Made by a program: the position numbers and the translations under genes | Shown: positions 1 to 10,324 of the stretch, in pieces | Numbering within the stretch: the first letter of the stretch is position 1 | Layout: every line of letters starts with the position of its first letter | Notes under the pieces: model-generated | The model's input: only the letters and a program-made list of their open reading frames with translations | Told to the model about the DNA's origin: nothing | Databases searched by the model: none | Assembly: GCA_963807655.1 (NCBI GenBank) | Contig: CAWEDF010000031.1 | Span: 75,055 to 139,054 of the forward strand | Reading direction: 5' to 3' | DNA: 64,000 nucleotides | Origin: an uncultured Acidobacteriaceae bacterium | GTDB taxonomy: Bacteria; Acidobacteriota; Terriglobia; Terriglobales; Acidobacteriaceae

Positions 1-1241
1 CGAACAGTTCTTCCAGTTCCTCCGGCGAAGCGGCCCGAAACACGGGCGCGCGGATAACGCGCACGGCTGATGATTCTTCTTCTTCAAACGCCAACTTCGC
101 CTGCGAGCTCGCTCTACCCAGTGTTACCCCGTGTCCTCTGTGTTGAAGGTTTTCCTCTGCCAGAAGCTGATCCAAAACCAGCCCCCGTTCCCGCAGCGGA
201 CGATCAATCAGCAACTCCCCGCCCGCATAAAGAACGTCGAAAACAAGGTAAGCCACAGGAACCTCCCGCAGCATGCGGTCGCTGACTTTCTTTCGCCCCA
301 GGCGCTGCTGCAACACGCTGAACGGACGCGCCCGCCCCGGCTGCTCCCACGCCACAATCTCGCCATCGAGAATCGCATCCTGCGGCAAGCCCGCCAGCGC
401 CTCGGGCAACTCTGGAAACGACTCGGTGATCTCGTCCCGCGTCCGCGAAAAAAACTTCACTTCGCCGCCCGCAACGTGCGCCTGCGCGCGAATGCCGTCA
501 TACTTTTCTTCCACCGCGGCCTTGGCGAAATAACTCAACCCCTCTTCAGCCGACTCGATGGGACTCGCCAGCATGAATCCCAGCGGATGAAACATTCTCA
601 TCCGCGCCTCGGCCAGCTTGCCCTCGACCGCCAGCCGCAGCGTCTCCCCAATATCCCCCAGCAGCATGTTCGCCCGCTGCACTTCTCCCAATGCCCCGGC
701 CAGCGCGCCGCCATACGCCCGTGCAATCGCCTCTTCCACCAGGCTCTCCTTCAGCCCAATCCGCAAATCGCCGGTCATGATCTTCACCACGTACTTGGCT
801 TCGAGCGGCGTCGCCCGCCCTAGCAAGTCGCCGACCAGCGCAGTCTTCGCCGCTGGCCCGCGCGCCACCGCAATCTCACGAAATACTTTGCCAGCCTCAA
901 GAACGCCTAACCCTTCTCCGGATCTTTCCGGCAGAACCTCCCCGGCCACCGCGCCCAAGTCCCCGTGCTTGCGATAAGCAGCCGTCAGCGCGGCCTGCAT
1001 CCTGCCCGGAAATCTCCGCCACGACACGCCACAAAAGCGAACCGCCCACTTGCAAAGTGGTTTCCTCCCACGCGGGAAACGCCCTGCCGGAGAGAAACAC
1101 CGCCGACAATGCAGCCTCGTCCGTGCCCCGTGATTTAAAGTACCTGGCCACAATCGCCGTCTTCTGCAACTTCTTGGTGGTGGCGGCCACCGCCTCGCAA
1201 GTCTCCGCAAGCCTTCGCATATGGTTCAAGCTACGTTCCAA
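1..1241 (-). pseudogene. ATP-dependent DNA ligase; 3' part runs off the window start; reading frame changes near 990-1000
   Basis: ORF 897..1241 (-) gives a ligase-like N-terminus (KKLQKTAIVARYFKS...WRVVAEISG). My translation of the minus strand of 1..~1000 in another frame continues AALTAAYRKHGDLGAVAGE...VKIMTGDLRIGL...EEKYDGIRAQ (KxDG adenylation motif). A one-base frame change joins the two parts. Confidence 0.75.
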
Positions 1242-1380
1242 GGATAGAAGATAGATGGAGGATAGCTGATAGATCGCCGATCACCGATCTTTGCCGGATA
1301 CCGGCCCGGCTAGACCCTCTGCACCTATTACTTGAGGCATACAGACAGCATAGGAGGACGACCTGCCCTGTGGTAACCTA

Positions 1381-2526
1381 ATGTTTGGCGCTTTCCGCCG
1401 CCTGGAGCATCTAACTACCGTGCGTTCTCTGCGAAATTTCGTGCGTTTCCTCGTGGCCGTGCAGCTCTTGCCCGCGCTTGAAAGTGGCGAAGAAACCCTG
1501 GTCGGCGGACAAGCCGTGCTCGAGGGCGTAATGATGCGCTCCCCGCACGCCTGGGCAATCGCCTGCCGCAAGCCTTCAGGCGAAGTGGTCACCATGAGCG
1601 AACCGCTCGAGCGTCCCTCGGAAAGACATAAATGGATGGCTTGGCCCATCGTCCGCGGAGTAATGACCCTCGGCTACGCCATGACTCTAGGCTACCGGGC
1701 GCTGCGCTTCTCAGCCAACGTCGCCATCGAAGAAGTGATGCAGAGCGACAGCGCCAGCAAGACACATGTGGAGACGGCCGCCTCGACCGTCCCGCAAAGT
1801 GCCCTGAGCTTGCCGAACGGGCGAAGCGAGGCGGAACCTCCCGAACCGCCATCCTCCAGGTCCCAGTCCCGCGAGAAAGCCGCCACCATCAGCGGATGGC
1901 TGGCCGCCGTTAACGTAATCATCTCGCTGGCCTTCTTCATCTTCATGTACAAGTACCTGCCGCTGCTGGCGGCCACGGAACTCAAGAAGGCCAATCCCGC
2001 GCTCGGCGGCCAGATCGTCTTCAACCTGGTCGACGGCGCAATTCGACTGATCCTGTTCCTGCTGTTCATCTGGGGAGTTTCCCTCTTCCCTGACATTCGC
2101 CGCGTCTACCAGTATCACGGCGCCGAACACAAAACCGTCTTCGCCTTCGAGAACGGAGACCCCCTCGAAACTGCCGCGGTGCAGAAGTATTCGACCTTCC
2201 ATCCCCGCTGCGGCACCAGCTTTCTGATGACCGTGATGCTGATCTCGATCGGCTTCTACATGCTGGTTCCGTTCACCACATTCTGGGCGCGCTTTGCGTC
2301 GCGGATCGCGCTGCTGCCGCTGATCGCCGGCGTGTCCTACGAAATCATCCGCTTCGCCGCGAAACATCGCGGCTCGCTCTTCGCCCTAATGACCGCACCC
2401 GGCCTCTGGCTGCAACGCATCACCACGCAGCCCCCGTCCGACGAGATGGCTCAATGCGCCATCACCGCGCTCGACCATGCCATGGTTCTCGAAAAACAAC
2501 AGGGCGGCGAACTGGTGATTGCCTAG
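1381..2526 (+). CDS. DUF1385 (YqhQ-like) membrane protein, commonly found next to prfA/prmC
   Basis: 381-aa ORF with YQYHGAEHKTVFAFENGDPL and HPRCGTSF motifs plus several hydrophobic helices. Lies upstream of prfA. Confidence 0.8.
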   Translation: MFGAFRRLEHLTTVRSLRNFVRFLVAVQLLPALESGEETLVGGQAVLEGVMMRSPHAWAIACRKPSGEVVTMSEPLERPSERHKWMAWPIVRGVMTLGYAMTLGYRALRFSANVAIEEVMQSDSASKTHVETAASTVPQSALSLPNGRSEAEPPEPPSSRSQSREKAATISGWLAAVNVIISLAFFIFMYKYLPLLAATELKKANPALGGQIVFNLVDGAIRLILFLLFIWGVSLFPDIRRVYQYHGAEHKTVFAFENGDPLETAAVQKYSTFHPRCGTSFLMTVMLISIGFYMLVPFTTFWARFASRIALLPLIAGVSYEIIRFAAKHRGSLFALMTAPGLWLQRITTQPPSDEMAQCAITALDHAMVLEKQQGGELVIA

Positions 2527-2546
2527 GGTTCCCACCCTGGGAAACC

Positions 2547-3025
2547 GGTCGTTGGTCGTTTGTCGTTAGTCGTTGGCCTCTCGAGACCTCCAGGGTAGAG
2601 TCTTCTAGAGAGGTACCAATATGTCAGCATCTTTCAAGGATTTGCGCGTCTGGCAGGAAGCGATGAAATTTGCAGTTGAAGTCTATCGAGTAACGGCGCA
2701 GTTTCCCAGGCACGAACTATACGGCCTGAGCCAGCACGTGCGGCGAGCAGCAGTCTCGGTTCCAAGCAATATTGCGGAAGGTAAAGGGCACCGCTCCGAC
2801 GGAGAATTTGGGCGCTTCCTCCTCCACGCGCGAGGATCGCTCTTGGAAGTGCAAACGCAGATTATGATCGCAAACGAATTACAATACCTGAACAGCGAAG
2901 AAGCGCAGCGCGTGCTGGCGAAAGCGGACACCATAGGCCGAAGCCTGAACAGCCTAATCAACTCGATGCGCGAGAAAGCGGCCTGAAGCAAAAGGCCAAC
3001 GACCGACGACTAACGACCAACGACG
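2547..3025. repeat. Inverted 32-nt arms (2547-2578 and 2994-3025) made of GTCGTTG-type tandem units, bracketing the four-helix-bundle ORF
   Basis: Left arm is ggtcgttggtcgtttgtcgttagtcgttggcc. Reverse complement of the right arm is cgtcgttggtcgttagtcgtcggtcgttggcc. About 28 of 32 positions match by hand alignment. Confidence 0.8.
2621..2986 (+). CDS. Four-helix-bundle protein (23S rRNA intervening-sequence protein / Avd-like family)
   Basis: 121 aa with family hallmarks LRVWQEAMKF..., YGLSQHVRRAAVSVPSNIAEG and ARGSLLEVQTQ. Confidence 0.85.
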   Translation: MSASFKDLRVWQEAMKFAVEVYRVTAQFPRHELYGLSQHVRRAAVSVPSNIAEGKGHRSDGEFGRFLLHARGSLLEVQTQIMIANELQYLNSEEAQRVLAKADTIGRSLNSLINSMREKAA

Positions 3026-4105
3026 ATGTTTGAACGTCTAGACCAAATCGAAGCCCGCTACGAAGAGCTGACCGGCGCTCTCGCCTCGCCGGATATCGTC
3101 AACGACTCGGCACGATACCAGAAGACCGCCAAGGCGCACTCGGAAATTGCGCCTATAGTCGAGAAGTATCGCGAATACAAGGACCTGACCCGCGGCATAG
3201 CCGAGAGTAAAGCCATGCTCGCCGAGGAAAGAGATCCCGAGATGCGAGCCTACGCCCAGGAAGAACTCAACCAACTGGAGCCCCGCGTCGCCGCTATCGA
3301 AGAAGAACTCAAAGTCCTGCTCCTGCCCAAAGATCCCAACGACGAGAAGAACGTTATCCTCGAAATCCGCGCCGGAACCGGCGGAGACGAAGCCACACTC
3401 TTCGCCGCCGAAATCTTTCGCATGTACACGCGCTACGCCGAAACTCAGCGCTGGAAGGTCGAAGTGCTCTCCTCTTCGGAGTCGTCGGCCGGCGGTTTGA
3501 AAGAAGTCATCGCCATCATCGAAGGCAACCGCGTCTTCTCTCAACTCAAGTACGAAAGCGGCGTGCACCGCGTGCAGCGCGTGCCCGCCACCGAACAGCA
3601 GGGACGCGTCCACACCTCGGCCGTCACGGTAGCCGTGCTGCCCGAAGCCGAAGACGTGGACATCAAGATCGAAGCCAAAGACCTGCGCATCGACACTTTC
3701 TGCTCCTCCGGTCCCGGCGGCCAGTCGGTGAATACAACGTACTCGGCCGTGCGCATCACGCACATCCCGACGAACACGGTCGTCAGTTGCCAGGACGAGA
3801 AATCGCAGATCAAGAACCGCGAGAAAGGTATGCGCGTCCTGCGTTCCCGCCTTTACGAAATCGAAATGGAAAAGCAGCAGCAGGCGCTGGCCAAGGAGCG
3901 CAAGGCCATGGTGGGCTCCGGCGACCGCAGCGAGAAGATTCGCACCTACAACTTCCCGCAAAACCGCCTCACCGACCACCGCATCGGTTTCACCATCCAC
4001 CAGCTCGAACAGGTGATGGATGGCAAGCTCCAGCCGCTGATCGAAGCTCTCACCACGCACTACCAGGCAGAAAAACTGAAGCAGGAAGCCACCACCGCAG
4101 TTTGA
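3026..4105 (+). CDS. prfA: Peptide chain release factor 1
   Basis: 359 aa with the GGQ motif ([12 protein letters not shown]) and an RF1-type PAT tripeptide ([14 protein letters not shown]). Confidence 0.97.
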   Translation: MFERLDQIEARYEELTGALASPDIVNDSARYQKTAKAHSEIAPIVEKYREYKDLTRGIAESKAMLAEERDPEMRAYAQEELNQLEPRVAAIEEELKVLLLPKDPNDEKNVILEIRAGTGGDEATLFAAEIFRMYTRYAETQRWKVEVLSSSESSAGGLKEVIAIIEGNRVFSQLKYESGVHRVQRVPATEQQGRVHTSAVTVAVLPEAEDVDIKIEAKDLRIDTFCSSGPGGQSVNTTYSAVRITHIPTNTVVSCQDEKSQIKNREKGMRVLRSRLYEIEMEKQQQALAKERKAMVGSGDRSEKIRTYNFPQNRLTDHRIGFTIHQLEQVMDGKLQPLIEALTTHYQAEKLKQEATTAV

Positions 4106-4160
4106 GGGATCAAGACTGAAAGATTCAAGACGACGGAAAGATCAAGACTGAAAGATTTCA

Positions 4161-4188
4161 ATGTGGAGACAGCCGCCCTCGGCTGTCC
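4161..4188. repeat. REP-like hairpin unit (atgtggagacagccgccctcggctgtcc); its reverse complement recurs inside valS
   Basis: Stem gacagccg/cggctgtc. The exact reverse-complement copy is at 59461-59488. Confidence 0.8.
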
Positions 4189-4328
4189 GCCGGAGCCTGC
4201 CCTGAGTGGCCATGGGCCTTCGGCCCACCAAAAGAAATGAAACTCGCTTGAAAATAATGGATGTGCACGTGGAGTTTCGACAGAGCGAAGTCGAAGGGCG
4301 AAGCCCGGCTCCCAGCCAGGAGAAGAAT

Positions 4329-4814
4329 ATGTCTGACCTGCACTCAACTGTTTCGTCAGTTCTCGCCGATCGCTACACAGCGAACGCCGCCAGGGTTCGA
4401 GAACTAGCCGAGCCTCTCACCAGCACCCAGTTCTGGCAAAAGCCGTTCGCCTACGGAAATAGTTTCGGACACCTCGTGCTTCATCTCACCGGCAACTTAA
4501 ACTACTACATCGGGGCGCAGATCGCGAAGACCGGCTACGTCCGCGACCGCCCGCGCGAATTCAATGACCCAAACCCTCCGTCGAAAGACGAGGCCCTCCA
4601 ACGCTTCAACGAAGCCGTGGACATAGTTCTCAAGACCATCCGCGCGCAATCGCTCGAGGATTGGTCGGCGGAATACTCCGGCGTCGGCACCCCTGCCAAA
4701 ACCCGTCTCGAGATCGCGGTGATTTGCGCTGCTCACATGCAGCACCACATAGGCCAGATGATCTATCTGAACTATGAGTGGCAGAACATGCCCAGAACGG
4801 AAAGAAGTGAGTGA
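4329..4814 (+). CDS. DinB-family (DinB_2-like) protein
   Basis: ORF 4206..4814. I prefer the ATG at 4329, which follows aggag. Sequence includes GNSFGHLVLHLTGNLNYYIG...HMQHHIGQ, a His-rich DinB-like pattern. Confidence 0.7.
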   Translation: MSDLHSTVSSVLADRYTANAARVRELAEPLTSTQFWQKPFAYGNSFGHLVLHLTGNLNYYIGAQIAKTGYVRDRPREFNDPNPPSKDEALQRFNEAVDIVLKTIRAQSLEDWSAEYSGVGTPAKTRLEIAVICAAHMQHHIGQMIYLNYEWQNMPRTERSE

Positions 4815-4947
4815 GCGCCAGCTCTTCTTCGCGCCCTTCGCGGCCTTTCTTCGCGAGCTTAGCGGTTAAAGGCTTTAGGATCCTGCTGTTTCCATCTCTA
4901 TTGGCGCGGGATGACTATCCCGTGTCTGTCTGTGGTGAAATGGTTTT

Positions 4948-5880
4948 GTGCAACTGAAGCCCGCTCTGACTTCCGCCATCGCCCGCTTGACCGCGGACCA
5001 AGTTCCTTCCCCGCGCATGAACGCCGAATTGCTTTTGATGTTCACTCTCGGCTGCGACCGCGCCTACCTCTACGCGCATCCAGAGTACGAACTTACGTCC
5101 GAAGAAAAAGCCCGTTACGATGCCGCTCTCGCCGAGCGCGCGCGGGGCGTTCCAGCGCAGTACATCACCGGCCACCAGGAATTCTGGGGCATGGATCTAA
5201 TCGTCACGCCCGCCGTGCTGATCCCGCGCCCCGAAACCGAGCATGTGATCGAAACCGTTCTCGAACTCACCGTCATCCCAGCCGCGGAGCGGCGTAAGAG
5301 TGCAGCCCGCGGCGTAAGCCGTGGGACTAACGCAGAAAATGAAAAAGCTCCGGAGGAACGAAAGAAGGCAGTTCTGCACATTGGCGACGTCGGCACCGGC
5401 TCTGGCTGCATCGCTCTAGCGCTTGCCAAGGAGCTACCGCAGGCTCAAATTCACGCCACCGACATGTCCGCCGCCGCGCTCGAAGTAGCTCGCGCCAACG
5501 CCGCCCGCCTTCAACTGGAATCCCGTATCCAATTCCGCGAAGCCGACCTGTTTGCGGGCTTCGAGAACGACTCTTTCGACTTCATCGTCTCCAACCCGCC
5601 CTACGTCGGCGAATCAGAAATAGATCAGGTCCAGCTCGAAGTCCGCAAGTTCGAACCACGCAACGCGGTCTTTGCCGGGCGAACAGGAGTCGAAGTGATT
5701 GCGCGCCTCATCCCGCAAGCGCATGCCGCACTCAAGCCCGGCGGCTGGCTGGTCATGGAAATCAGCGGAACGATTGCAGAAGAGGTAAAACGGCTGTTGC
5801 GGGATTGGAGCGACGTTAAGATCACGCCGGATCTGCAATCGATCCCCCGCGTGGTGCAGGCAAGAAAGGAGCGCCACTAA
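4948..5880 (+). CDS. prmC: Release-factor glutamine N5-methyltransferase (HemK/PrmC) with an internal REP-derived insertion
   Basis: GTG start. Motifs DVGTGSGCIALA (AdoMet binding) and IVSNPPYV (NPPY). Confidence 0.9.
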   Translation: MQLKPALTSAIARLTADQVPSPRMNAELLLMFTLGCDRAYLYAHPEYELTSEEKARYDAALAERARGVPAQYITGHQEFWGMDLIVTPAVLIPRPETEHVIETVLELTVIPAAERRKSAARGVSRGTNAENEKAPEERKKAVLHIGDVGTGSGCIALALAKELPQAQIHATDMSAAALEVARANAARLQLESRIQFREADLFAGFENDSFDFIVSNPPYVGESEIDQVQLEVRKFEPRNAVFAGRTGVEVIARLIPQAHAALKPGGWLVMEISGTIAEEVKRLLRDWSDVKITPDLQSIPRVVQARKERH

Positions 5881-5956
5881 GGTCTTGGCGGAGTTTCTTA
5901 GCGACCTTTGCGCAACCTTGGCGTACTTTGCGGTTAGCTTTTGCTTTTCCGCCGAA

Positions 5957-7385
5957 CTAGCGCGGTGCGCCCGCAGGCAGTATCTCTTCCACGTCCACAA
6001 TGCTCGTAGGATACTTGCCGGTGTAGCAGGCCGAGCAATAAGAGGTCTTCTCCCCCTCACCGCAAGCTTTCTTGAGTCCTTCCAGCGAAAGGTAGGCCAG
6101 CGAATCGGCGCGAATGTACTCGCGTATCTCCTCGACCGATTTGTTGGCGGCGATCAGTTGATTTTTCGAAGGCGTGTCTACACCGTAGTAGCAAGGCGAA
6201 ATCGTGGGCGGACACGAGACGCGCATGTGTACTTCCTTAGCCCCGGCACTGCGAATCATGCGCACGATCTTGCGGCTGGTGGTGCCGCGCACAATCGAAT
6301 CGTCAATCAGCACCACGCGCTTGCCTTCCAGCAGTGAACGTACCGGATTCAGCTTCAGCTTCACGCCAAAGTCGCGCACACTCTGGCTGGGTTCGATAAA
6401 CGTGCGCCCCACATAGTGATTGCGAATCAAACCAAAGCGAAACGGAATGCCGCTCTCGGCCGCGTAACCCACCGCTGCGGTTACACCCGAATCCGGCACA
6501 GGGACCACAAGGTCGGCCTCAACGGGAGCTTCGCGCGCCAACTGCCGTCCCAACTCTTCCCGGCTGGTCTGAACGGCACGTCCAAACACCACGCTGTCCG
6601 GGCGCGAAAAGTAAACATGCTCAAAAATGCAACTCGACTGGGGCGCGCCCGTCGCATAAAACCGCGAGCTGATGCCTTCCGGCCCCACCACGATCAACTC
6701 GCCCGGCTTCACGTCGCGCTCGTAAGTAGCGCCAATCAGATCGAAGGCGCAGGTCTCCGAAGCGAAAACGATGGTGTCGCGCGTCTGCCCATCGACTGCC
6801 GGAATGCGTCCCATGGCCAGCGGCCTGAAACCCGCGCGGATCGCGCGCCGCAATGATCCGGTCTGGACTCATCAGTACCAGCGAAAACGCCCCTTCTACT
6901 TGCCGCAGCGCGTCCGCAATTGCCTCGGGCAGAGTGTGTTCCGCCGAAAGCGCGATCAGGTGGACGATCACTTCCGTATCGCTGTTGGTCTGAAAGATCG
7001 ACCCCTGGCGCTCCAACCGGCTGCGAACCTCCATCGCGTTCACCAGATTTCCGTTATGCGCCACCGCAATTGAGCCCTTGTTCGACTGCACCAGAATGGG
7101 CTGCGCGTTCAAGAGCGCCGAATCGCCCGCGGTCGAGTAGCGCGTGTGCCCGATGGCCAGCATACCGCGTATTTTCGACAGCACATCTTCGGTGAAGATG
7201 TCGGCGACCGTCCCCATCGCCTTGTGAACGCGGGAAGTCAGGCCATCGGAGGTAACGATTCCGGCCGACTCCTGCCCGCGATGCTGGAGAGCATGCAATC
7301 CTAAGTAAGCAAGCTTCTCCGCTTCGGGATTCGCGAAGATCGCAACCACACCGCACTCATCGTGAAATTTGTCGGAAGTCAGCAT
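5957..7385 (-). pseudogene. purF: Amidophosphoribosyltransferase, split by a one-base insertion near 6826
   Basis: ORF 6621..7385 has N-terminus MLTSDKFHDECGVVAIF...AARDPRGF. ORF 5957..6853 continues RPLAMGRI...ASETCAFDLIGA...VLIDDSIVRGTT. Removing one base from tttcaggcc restores DPRGFRPL. Confidence 0.9.
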
Positions 7386-7460
7386 TTAGCAATCAGCCTT
7401 TTACAGGTTTCTCCGCGAACTCCGCGCCAGTTCTCCGCGATCCTCCCCGATTCAAGCCTC

Positions 7461-9901
7461 TCAATCTGCCGCTACCAACTCAGGATCAGTCCGCAAAATA
7501 GATTCCAGCGCCGATTCGTAAGTCTGATCCAAATCCGCAACCGCCGCGGACACAACCACTTGCCCATCCAGCGAAATTTTCAGCCGCTCCGGAATCGTCT
7601 CTCCCAGCACGACCGCCGCGATTCCAAATTTCTCTGCTATCTCTTGGATTCGCGAAACGTTAGCCGGGTCGCACGACAGCACGATGCGGCTCGCATCTTC
7701 GCCAAACAGCGTAAACTCCGCGGGAAGCTCGTTCGACACAAAATTCACCCGCGCACCCACGCCCTTCGCAAATGTTTTTTCCGCCAGCGCTACCGCCAAA
7801 CCGCCATCCGAGCAATCATGCACCGAATCCACCAAACTCTGCTGAATCAATTCGACAACGGCCTTCTGCAGTGCGGCTTCCTTCTCCAGATCAAGTTCCG
7901 GAGGATATCCCCACAGCGCTTCCAGAATTTCTTTGGCGTATTCCGACGACCCGAACTCACTTTCCACATCGGTGATATCGGCTGCTTCGCCCGCGCGCAA
8001 TAGCACGATCATGCGTCCGGTCGAGGCGAAATGCATTTTCGCAGTCTTGCGCACGTCATCGAGAATCCCCACAACTCCCAGGACCGGCGTGGGATAAATG
8101 CCCTCGCCCAACGTCTCGTTGTAAAAGCTCACATTGCCGCCGGTGATCGGGATTTCAAGTTCCTCGCAGGCCTTGGTAATGCCATCGATGGTTTGCGAGA
8201 ACTGCCACATGATGTGCGGCTTTTCGGGATTACCGAAGTTGAGGCAATTGGTTGCGCCCACGGGAGTTGCACCGGAACACGCGACTTTGCGCGCGGCCTC
8301 GGCCACAGCATGCATCGCGCCCAACCGCGGATCGAGATAACACCAGCGGCTGTTGCCGTCGAGCGCCATCGCCAGCCCGCGCTGTGGTTGGCCTGGATTC
8401 GGATTCTTGATGCGGATCACGCCCGCATCGCCCGCGCCCGGAGCTTCGACCGTGTTGGTCTGCACCATGTGATCGTATTGCTGCCACACCCAGCGCTTGC
8501 CGCAGATGTTCGGGCTGGCAAGAAGCTGCTGGAGACTCTGAGTGAGGTCGCTCTGGTACGGCATTGAAAGGGCACGGCTTCAGCCGAGCCGTTAGACCCC
8601 GCCAATGATGCGGGCTTTAGCCCCTGAGGTCCGCCGCGCGACGAAAGCTGAATGTGCTCAGGCATCTCGCGCGGCACTGGCGGCTCCCAGCGTGCCAGCG
8701 AACGTTTGTATACGGGCGCATCGTCAGTCAGCGCCTGGTTCGGAATCTCGGCGACGAATTCGCCGTGCTGGAGCACGCGTAACTTGTTGTCGGTCGTAAC
8801 CTTGCCGACTTCGACCGCGTCGAGTCCCCACTTTTCAAAAACCCGGAAGACTTCCTGCTCGCGGCCTTTCTGCGCGACCAGCAGCATGCGTTCCTGGGAC
8901 TCGCTCAGCATGATTTCGTACGCGCTCATGCCGGTTTCGCGCTGCGGCACACGGTCCAGTTCGATCTCGACGCCGACGCCGCCGCGCCCGCCCATCTCGC
9001 AGGTGGAACAGGTGAGTCCCGCCGCACCCATGTCTTGAATGCCAACAATCGCGCCCGTCTGCATCGCTTCGAGGCAGGCTTCGAGTAACAACTTCTCCAG
9101 AAACGGATCGCCGACCTGCACGTTCGGCCGCTTCGCCTCCGACGCCTCGCTGAATTCTTCGCTGGCCATAGTGGCGCCGTGGATGCCGTCGCGTCCCGTC
9201 TTGGCGCCAACATAGATCACCGGGTTGCCTTCACCGGCGGCGCGCGCGTAGAAAATTTCGTCCTTGCGGACCAAGCCCATGGCGAAAGCGTTCACCAGCG
9301 GGTTGCCGGAGTAACACGGCTCGAACTTGGTTTCACCGCCCAGGTTGGGCACGCCGAAGCAGTTGCCGTAGGAAGCTACGCCGCTGACCACGCCTTCGAG
9401 GATGGAGTGGTTGCGGTGGATCTCTGCTTGGGTGGGAACAGGTCCTGTGGAAACAGTCGAGGTGGCTGTCCCTACATGAGCCGTGATTGGGCCGAACCTT
9501 AGCGAGTCCATGACTGCTACTGGCCTTGCGCCCATGGTGAAGATGTCGCGCAAGATTCCTCCGACGCCGGTGGTTGCACCTTGAAACGGTTCGATGAACG
9601 ATGGATGATTGTGCGACTCGATCTTGAAGGCGCAGGCCCAGCCGTCGCCGATGTCGATGATGCCCGCATTTTCTCCCGGCCCCTGCAGCACGCGCCTGCT
9701 CCGCGTAGGCAGGCGCTTCAGGTGCACGCGCGATGACTTATACGAACAGTGCTCGCTCCACATCACGCTGAAGATGCCAAGTTCGGTGAGCGAGGGCTCG
9801 CGCTCGCCGAGAAGTTGCTTGATCTTTTCGTATTCATCGAGGGTAAGGCCGTGCTGCCGGAGGACCTCCGGAGAAATGGCAGGGGTCGTGGAGATGGTCA
9901 T
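7461..9901 (-). pseudogene. purL: Phosphoribosylformylglycinamidine synthase II, in two ORFs separated by a REP-like insertion and a frame change
   Basis: ORF 8417..9901 is the N-terminal part ([23 protein letters not shown]). ORF 7461..8564 is the C-terminal part ([18 protein letters not shown]...). An ~85-nt REP-like segment (8566-8650) lies between them. Confidence 0.88.
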
Positions 9902-9963
9902 GGGGAAGTTCTATTGTCGCATTTAGCAGGACGGCTGGGTAGGGCTTTTATAGCAAGGTGGCT

Positions 9964-10035
9964 GGTCGTTGGTCGTTAGTCCTTCGCCGAACCCTTAGCG
10001 CCGGGTTTGGGCGAACCGTTACCGGCCAACGACTT
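9964..10035. repeat. ORF-less long imperfect hairpin built from GTCGTTG-type units
   Basis: Left arm is gtcgttggtcgttagtccttcgccgaaccc. The reverse complement of gggtttgggcgaaccgttaccggccaacgac aligns to it with mismatches. Confidence 0.55.
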
Positions 10036-10324
10036 AGCGTTTCCAATGACTTATCTGGAAGCTATTGAAAACAAAGCGGCAGAAAATTGAGGGGCCGTTT
10101 CAGATTGCTCGATGTCCTTTGTTTTCTTCGCGCGATTCGTAAGTTGTTGAAAAACGGATTGGAGCCTGCGCGATTCGGCCCGCGCAAACTCGGGTCGAAA
10201 CCACCCGCAGGATGCCTTTGGAGTGCACAGGCGTTGGTTCTGAGAGCGTTCGGCTGTTCCGGTGGGCTCAAAGGTCATCTGGCGAGTGAACGGCGCTTGG
10301 ATAGCTTCTAATGCGAAATTCCTT

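Noticed and set aside
2547-3025. Avd-like ORFs suggested a diversity-generating retroelement.
   Set aside because: There is no reverse transcriptase ORF and no template/variable direct-repeat pair with adenine-specific differences anywhere in the window. The flanking repeats are inverted, not direct.
2994-3025. Idea that the C/A-rich, G-poor repeat tracts directly upstream of start codons (prfA, queC, second permease, nadC) act as unstructured SD-less translation enhancers.
   Set aside because: It is not consistent. The tract before valS is G/T-rich, several tracts have complementary partners that would sequester them, and some downstream genes have normal SD sequences.
3038-4060. Long antisense ORFs opposite prfA, selB (10559..11546), the helicase (27092..28495), valS (57918..59486) and nadC (60387..61136).
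   Set aside because: These are typical high-GC shadow ORFs. Their translations are Arg/Ala/Gly/His-rich with no motifs, while the sense-strand products carry unambiguous family signatures.
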